DNA of 7,356 nt from Candidatus Methanoperedens sp. (lineage in GTDB: Archaea; Halobacteriota; Methanosarcinia; Methanosarcinales; Methanoperedenaceae), in contig JAPZAR010000033.1 in assembly GCA_027460535.1 (NCBI GenBank), positions 1 to 7,356 on the forward strand, given 5' to 3'. The position numbers and the translations under genes were made by a program. The notes beneath the pieces were generated by a model, which was not told the origin of the DNA, searched no databases, and was given only the letters and a program-made list of their open reading frames with translations. Of this stretch, positions 4,984-7,356 are shown one piece after another. The stretch's first letter is position 1, and each line of letters begins with the position of its first letter.

Positions 4984-7257
4984 TCACACTTCAGCCAGGT
5001 CTTTACATATTAATTTTGCCTGTTCCAACACTGTCTCTGTTGCCTTCTTCTGCTTATCTGGAGGATAACCATGCTTCTTCAATATCCTCTTTACCATAAC
5101 TCTAAGTTTTGCCTGGACACTTTCTTTTAAAGTCCAATCGATCGTTACATTCTTACGAACTGTATCAACAAGTTCACGTGCAATAATTGTTAATTTTTCA
5201 TCACCCAGAACTTTAACAGCGCTATCATTTACTTCCAGAGCATCGTAGAAAGCAAGTTCCTCTTCATTTAAATTTAATTTTTCTCCCCTGAGTTTTGCCT
5301 CGCGCATCTCTTTTGCCAGTTCTATTAATTCTTCAATAACTTGCGCAGTCTCTATACTCTTATTCTGGTATCTTTTGATCGCTTTTTCCAACATATCTGC
5401 AAAAGACTTACCCTGCATCAGATTCTTTTTTGACCTTGTTTTTATTTCATCATTCAAAAGCTTTCTGAGCAATTCAAATGCAAGATTCTTGTGGGGCATT
5501 CTTTTAACTTCAGCTAAAAATTCGTCCGAAAGTATTGAGATGTCGGGTTTTTTCAATCCAACAGAATCAAAGATATCTATCACTTTATCTAAAACAATTG
5601 CCTTAGATATAATCTGCCTGATAGCGGAATCCAGTTCTTCCTGCGGTTTACCCGCTATTATCGTGGTTTTCGCAAGCACTGATCTTACTACATGGAAAAA
5701 TCCAACATCATCTCTAATCTTTAAAGCTTCCTCGTGCGGTACTGCAAGGGCGAATGCCTGCGATAATCTGGTTACATACTCAAGATATCTCTCTTTACCA
5801 TTTTCCTGGTTTAGTACATGCTCCATAGCCGCTGGAATAATAGACATCTTATCCCTCGGCAGCGCCGTGAAGAATCTTTCATAATCAAATCCATGGAATA
5901 GTTCTGCCACAAGTTCATATTTTTCAAGCATTAATGCAACCGCTTCCTCTTTATCAAGTACAGTTTTACCCCTGCCACCACTTTCGGTATAGTCAGATAA
6001 TGCTTTCTTTAACTCATCTGCTATTCCCAGATAATCAACGACGAGTCCTCCTTTTTTATCCTTAAAAACACGATTCACCCTTGCGATTGCCTGCATCAAT
6101 CCATGGCTTCGCATTGGTTTGTCGATATACATAGTATGCAGACTTGGCGCATCAAATCCTGTCAGCCACATGTCCCGCACGATAGCAATTCTAAGAGGGT
6201 CGCCAGGGTCTTTCATGCGATCTCCAAGAACCCTGCGTCGCGGTTTAGTCCGGATATGCTCCTGCCAGCTCACATCGTCGCTTGCTGAACCTGTCATGAT
6301 AACCTTGATAATTCCTCCGTCGTCGTCCCGATGATACCATTCCGGTCTCAATTTAACGATCTCATTGTGGAGATCAATGCAGATGCGCCGGCTCATACAG
6401 ACGATCATGCCTTTTCCATCAAGTACTTCAAGACGCTTCTCAAAATGATCTACAATATCCTGAGCGATTTGTTTTAAGCGTTTTTCGCTCCCGACTATAG
6501 CTTCAAGCCTTGCCCATTTGCTTTTCAGCTTCTCTTTCTTTTCTACTTCCTCGCCTTCTGTGACGTCTTCAAATTCGGGATCAATCTTCGGACGCTCCTC
6601 CGGCTTTAATTCAAGTTTTGCCAGTCTGCTTTCGTAATAGATCCTCACGGTGGCGCCATCTTCTACTGCCTGCTCTATGTCATAAACATCAATATAATTT
6701 CCAAAAACGGCAGGAGTGCTTCTATCTGATTTTTCTATTGGCGTCCCGGTGAAGCCGATAAAGGAGGCATTGGGCAGTGCATCCCTTATGTGTCTGGCAA
6801 AGCCGTCAATAAAATCATATTGGCTTCTGTGCGCCTCGTCTGCTATTACGATGATATTCCTTCTTTCAGAGAGCAGGGGGTATCTATCCCCTTTCTCTTC
6901 AGGGAAGAATTTCTGTATCGTTGTAAATACTACGCCGCCCGAAGCGACCGTGAGGAGTTCCTTTAATTCGCTTCTTGAAGCTGCCTGGACTGGTTTTTGT
7001 CTCAGCAATTCATGGCAGCGGCTGAAAGTGCCAAATAACTGGTCGTCCAGATCATTCCTGTCCGTTAGTACAACAATCGTAGGGTTGTCCAAAGCTAAGA
7101 CAAGTTTTCCAGTGTAAAAAGCCATTGTAAGGCTTTTACCCGAACCCTGTGTATGCCAGACAACACCGCAGCGCTTATCACCCCTTGGGCTTGAAGCTGT
7201 GAGAGTTGCTTCAATTGCCCAACTTTTACCCTTGGTTATGACAACAGCCAAAAACAT
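4984..7257 (-). CDS. hsdR: Type I restriction enzyme R subunit (HsdR): SF2 helicase/translocase domains plus C-terminal domain; N-terminal nuclease region not in this frame
   Basis: The motifs are [12 protein letters not shown] (motif I, aa 34-45), [10 protein letters not shown] (DEAH box, aa 137-146), FIGFTGTPI (motif III) and QAIARVNRV (motif VI). The helical C-terminal tail ending ...[35 protein letters not shown] is typical of type I HsdR C-terminal domains. Only 33 residues precede motif I, whereas this family normally has a few hundred (PD-(D/E)xK nuclease domain). An in-frame TGA lies at 7282-7284. Confidence 0.9.
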   Translation of the reverse strand: MFLAVVITKGKSWAIEATLTASSPRGDKRCGVVWHTQGSGKSLTMAFYTGKLVLALDNPTIVVLTDRNDLDDQLFGTFSRCHELLRQKPVQAASRSELKELLTVASGGVVFTTIQKFFPEEKGDRYPLLSERRNIIVIADEAHRSQYDFIDGFARHIRDALPNASFIGFTGTPIEKSDRSTPAVFGNYIDVYDIEQAVEDGATVRIYYESRLAKLELKPEERPKIDPEFEDVTEGEEVEKKEKLKSKWARLEAIVGSEKRLKQIAQDIVDHFEKRLEVLDGKGMIVCMSRRICIDLHNEIVKLRPEWYHRDDDGGIIKVIMTGSASDDVSWQEHIRTKPRRRVLGDRMKDPGDPLRIAIVRDMWLTGFDAPSLHTMYIDKPMRSHGLMQAIARVNRVFKDKKGGLVVDYLGIADELKKALSDYTESGGRGKTVLDKEEAVALMLEKYELVAELFHGFDYERFFTALPRDKMSIIPAAMEHVLNQENGKERYLEYVTRLSQAFALAVPHEEALKIRDDVGFFHVVRSVLAKTTIIAGKPQEELDSAIRQIISKAIVLDKVIDIFDSVGLKKPDISILSDEFLAEVKRMPHKNLAFELLRKLLNDEIKTRSKKNLMQGKSFADMLEKAIKRYQNKSIETAQVIEELIELAKEMREAKLRGEKLNLNEEELAFYDALEVNDSAVKVLGDEKLTIIARELVDTVRKNVTIDWTLKESVQAKLRVMVKRILKKHGYPPDKQKKATETVLEQAKLICKDLAEV

Positions 7258-7354
7258 CCATAATTTTTTTCTGCTCTTCAGTCACAGAACTCGTTCTTTT
7301 TAACAGCTTATCTCCATGATGGATGTTAACAGTGTAGACATTCTCCAGTAACTC
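7229..7354 (-). CDS. Partial ORF open to the right window edge, likely the upstream part of hsdR in a different reading frame
   Basis: The minus-strand frame starting at 7354 reads [42 protein letters not shown] and stops at TAA 7226-7228, with no stop before the window edge. It overlaps the 5' end of the hsdR ORF. Removing one base from either the A7 run (7264-7270) or the T5 run (7250-7254), both read on the minus strand, would fuse it to the hsdR frame. I cannot verify from 42 residues that this peptide is HsdR-like. Confidence 0.4.
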
Positions 7355-7356
7355 CT

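Noticed and set aside
5375-7117. Plus-strand ORFs inside hsdR (5375-5884, 6103-6288, 6119-6334, 6716-7117)
   Set aside because: They are antisense to a motif-rich helicase ORF, and their S/L/F/I-rich composition marks them as shadow ORFs.
4984-7257. Compositional evidence that hsdR is horizontally acquired
   Set aside because: Spot counts suggest hsdR is about 30-48% GC against about 52-63% in sampled aroA segments. The resident-looking coiled-coil gene is similarly AT-rich, however, so amino-acid composition (K/E/I-rich) may explain the difference. The evidence is not robust without genome-wide statistics.

Overview
The gene content looks like a chromosomal segment from an archaeon, probably a methanogen or Methanosarcinales-like lineage; this is inference only. 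Two housekeeping genes on the minus strand are clear: aroA (EPSP synthase, 1260-2522) and purQ (FGAM synthase glutaminase subunit, 3927-4712). Between them on the plus strand lies an about 420-aa all-helical, coiled-coil-type protein of unknown function that can only start at TTG. On the left is a prenyltransferase/terpene-cyclase-like repeat gene split across two frames (249-934, minus). On the right is the helicase/motor plus C-terminal part of a type I restriction enzyme R subunit (hsdR, 4984-7257, minus). Its N-terminal continuation sits in a different frame and runs off the window edge, with homopolymer runs at the frame junction. I see no complete multi-gene novel system. The most unusual signal is non-coding and lies in the 935-1259 spacer. 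It is a dyad-symmetric array of eight phased CACGGAT/ATCCGTG heptamers (four per arm, 9-10 bp period, axis at 1159/1160). The array is nested inside an about 217-bp segment bounded by 21-bp terminal inverted repeats and flanking direct repeats, which resembles a MITE. Other items are a roughly 60% GC island (4811-4960) in an otherwise AT-rich spacer between purQ and hsdR, and a long hairpin at the left window edge. All homology calls rest on motif recognition by eye; no database search was possible.
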